A DNA stretch of 63,946 nucleotides, the filler included, from Thelocarpon superellum (Eukaryota), in NCBI GenBank assembly GCA_026025795.1. It is 3 parts of 3 records of this genome, joined end to end, with 100 filler letters (N's around TTAATTAATTAA, not from the genome) between each part and the next. Parts side by side here need not be neighbours in the genome. Positions count along the whole stretch, not along the records: positions 46,558 to 63,946 come from JAPEUG010000374.1; 2 more parts are not named here. One strand, written 5' to 3'. Positions 61,327 through 63,946 of this stretch are shown in pieces. Every line of letters starts with the position of its first letter. Position 1 is the first letter of the stretch. The notes below the pieces were generated by a model. That model worked only from the letters and a program-made list of their open reading frames with translations, did no database searches and had not been told where the DNA came from. A program made the position numbers and the translations under genes.

Positions 61327-63946
61327 ATGCCCGCTTCACTCCGTCGCACGTTGCTGACGGCCATGGCCGGTCTGGCTGTGGCTTCGGCGTCATCCTACAC
61401 TCTGCAGGACGACTATTCGGCGGATACGTTCTTTGACATGTTCGATTTCTCCAACGTACGTGGGTTCCTTCGATCCTGGCCGCACCTTGCACTAACGCTT
61501 GGCGCGACAGGGTGAAGGAGCGAATGGGACCGATTCGGCCCATGGTACGGTGCAATACGTCGACCGATCCACGGCACAGTCTTCGGGTCTCATATCAACG
61601 CAGAACGCGTCGATCTACGTGAGCGCGGATAGCACCCACATCTATTACACCGGTCGCCCTAGCGTACGGCTGCAGAGCAAAGCACGATATGATCACGGCC
61701 TCTTCATCGCCGACGTTGCCCACATGCCCGGAGGCATGTGTGGCGTTTGGCCCGCGCTGTACGGATGATTCAACCAAGCCACGGCGCAAGTGGGTCTTGA
61801 TGGATGATGATGCTGACGGACCGTAGCTGGACCTATGGCCCCAACTGGCCCAATGCCGGGGCCATCAACATCATCGAGCAGACGAATATGGCGACCAACA
61901 ATATCATGTCGCTCCACACCGCGAACGACTGCTCAGTCACCGGACAGGGCGCTTCCGGGCCGGCGTTCGGCAAGAATTGCAGCGCCTCTGCCAACAACAA
62001 CCAGGGTTGTGGCTACACTGCAGGTAATGGAACCTTTGGCGCATCCGTGAACGCCCAGGGTGGAGGCGTGTACGCCATGGAATGGACCAACGAGCGCATC
62101 TCCATTTGGTTCTTCCCCCGTGCCGCCATTCCCACCAACGTCTTGAGCGCCACGCCTGATCCGTCGACGTGGGGCGTCCCCGTCGCCAATTTCCAGGGCG
62201 CTTGCTATATTCCCACGGTCTTTCGGCAGCATCAGATCGTACGTGCACCCGCCTCCCGCGCCACCTTCCCTCTGGCGGAGTAGATGATGGACCACTGCTG
62301 ATGGCTGATGGTGAACAGGTCTTGGACATTGATTTCTGCGGCGACTTCGGCAATGCCATGTGGGAATCGTCTCAGTGTCAAGCCAACACGCGCCAGACCT
62401 GTGCAGATTATGTCAATTCGAACCCGACAGCCTTTGAAGAAGCCTACTGGCGATTCAATTCGTTCAAGGTCTTTCAAAGCCAAGAAGTCCTCTCTTTTTA
62501 CAACCATCTCAACGCCTCGCGCTATTCGCCGTCGTCACGCCCAAGTTTGAATACCAGCTTCCCAACCTCGGCCAGATGGCGGAGCAACTCCAGCTACTAC
62601 GGCGTATCGCTGTCCTCCGCCAACTCCAGCCAGGCCGGTCCCTACTCCTTCCACAACGCCACCAGTAACTCGTCACTAGCCACCTCGGTTCAGTCAGCGC
62701 TATCGCTGCCGCAGACGGGCTCGGTGGAAGAGACGGAGCTGACGCATACCTGCATCACCGTCAACTATTGGACCTTGAGTGGGTGCAAGACGGGCTTCTT
62801 CGGGTCCGTCATCCTCGCGGGATCGGGCAACAAGACGATCGCTGCCGCGCTGGGTGGAGGCGCGCCGGCCTCGGTCAACAATGCCACACTGGTGGCCAGC
62901 AACTCATCTTTGGCGGCCAGCAATGCCTCAGTGTCGGCCAACGGAGCCTCGTCCGTCGGCGGCCTCACCGTCACGGGATCGAAGCTGTCGGGATCTGGAT
63001 CCGGATCGGGCCTGACGTCGTACAGTTGCTCGAATGGGAACTGTGGCGGCGGTGCGTCCCTTGCCGCCGTCCAGGGCACCATCGTTCAGGTCTCGCATGG
63101 CGTCTCGACCGCTAACGGCAGTCAAGCCGCCTCCTTGCCGGTGCTCGCTGTCGGGCCGGCCACGCCGCAGGGATTCTTGGACATCAACGGGGAAGGTAGC
63201 TCTGGCGGCACGGGTATCAGCAACTCTTCTTCTGGCCAGCAAGCCGTAGGCGCGCAAGGAGAAAGCGGTAATACCGGATCCACCGGCGGAGTGGTCAACA
63301 ATGACCAAGGATTGAATGACGGCAACCAAGCAGGCTCGGCTCCGACCACCACCACCACCGTCATCGTACCGGCCACCGTCTACGCGCCGGGCGGTACCTC
63401 TTCCCCCATGATCTCCAACGGTCAATCTCAATCTGGCTCCTCCGGTAACACTCAAGGATCGTCAAACAATCCGCCTTCCAGCAACCCGCCCCCAAGCAGC
63501 CCCCCCGCAAGCAACCCACCGCCGAGCAACCCGCCCACGAGCAACAATCCACTCAGCGGTGGGTCCAGTGTTTCTGGCGGTCCAGGTGGTCCAAGCGGTT
63601 CTCTAGTGTCCACTGGATCCACGGCTGCTATCGACTCGAGCACCTCAAGTAACTCCACTGTCTCCAGTGGCTCCGGCTTCTCCAGTAGCATCAGTGGCAC
63701 GCCGGGGACGAGCGAAAAGCAGACTTCAACAAGCGGCAGCGGAGCTTTCATCAAAGACAAGCAAAAGCAAGTTGTCACCCCGCCAAGTACCTCGGGCGAA
63801 ACCCAGCCGGGCTCCTCTGGCTCGGGTGCATCTCAGTCGGGCGCCTACAATCTGGGTACCAGCTCGGGAACCAGTGTATTCGCAGCGTCCAATGCCTCGT
63901 CGAGCGGATCTCAAGAGAGCAAGAATGTGATCGTGCAGAGTAACAA
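61327..63946 (+). CDS. Secreted GH16 (Lam16A-like beta-1,3(4)-glucanase family) protein with a degenerate active site and a long Ser/Gly-rich tail; runs off the window
   Basis: Signal peptide; YTLQDDY...FFDMFDF; GRPSVRLQS; HMPGGMCGVWPA; GPNWPNAGAINIIE; GGGVYAMEW; PDPSTWG; DFCGD; AYWRFNS; the frame stays open to the window end. Confidence 0.9.

Overview
GC-rich, intron-rich eukaryotic DNA from a filamentous ascomycete (Pezizomycotina-type genes, short GT-AG introns with CTRAC branch points). The window is three contigs joined by artificial N(44)-TTAATTAATTAA-N(44) spacers at 23287-23386 and 46458-46557, so adjacency across these is not evidence of linkage. About 28 protein-coding loci can be reconstructed. 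Housekeeping genes include PTEN/TEP1, NAM9, La/LHP1, CAP/SRV2, a PfkB/MAK32-like kinase, a complex I accessory subunit, MRPL3, MCM3, HNT2/FHIT, augmin HAUS6, an HD nucleotidase, RAD4/XPC, FarA/CTF1-alpha, RNase H2B, MCM10, DUO1 and ILV2. These are interspersed with lineage-specific secreted-protein genes. The most notable observations are: (1) an 85-90 bp TG...CA element present twice with 4-bp target-site duplications, carrying E-boxes and an MCB box into promoters; (2) a Rum1/Sic1-like CDK inhibitor candidate; (3) a GH16 protein lacking its catalytic nucleophile (EIDIIE->AINIIE); (4) a secretome island with two tandem genes sharing a six-Cys module and a gene with four in-frame stops but no frameshift; (5) a 245-bp tandem duplication with CpG-biased transitions; (6) an unusually long, structured intron in HNT2. 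All family assignments come from motif recognition by eye; no searches were run.
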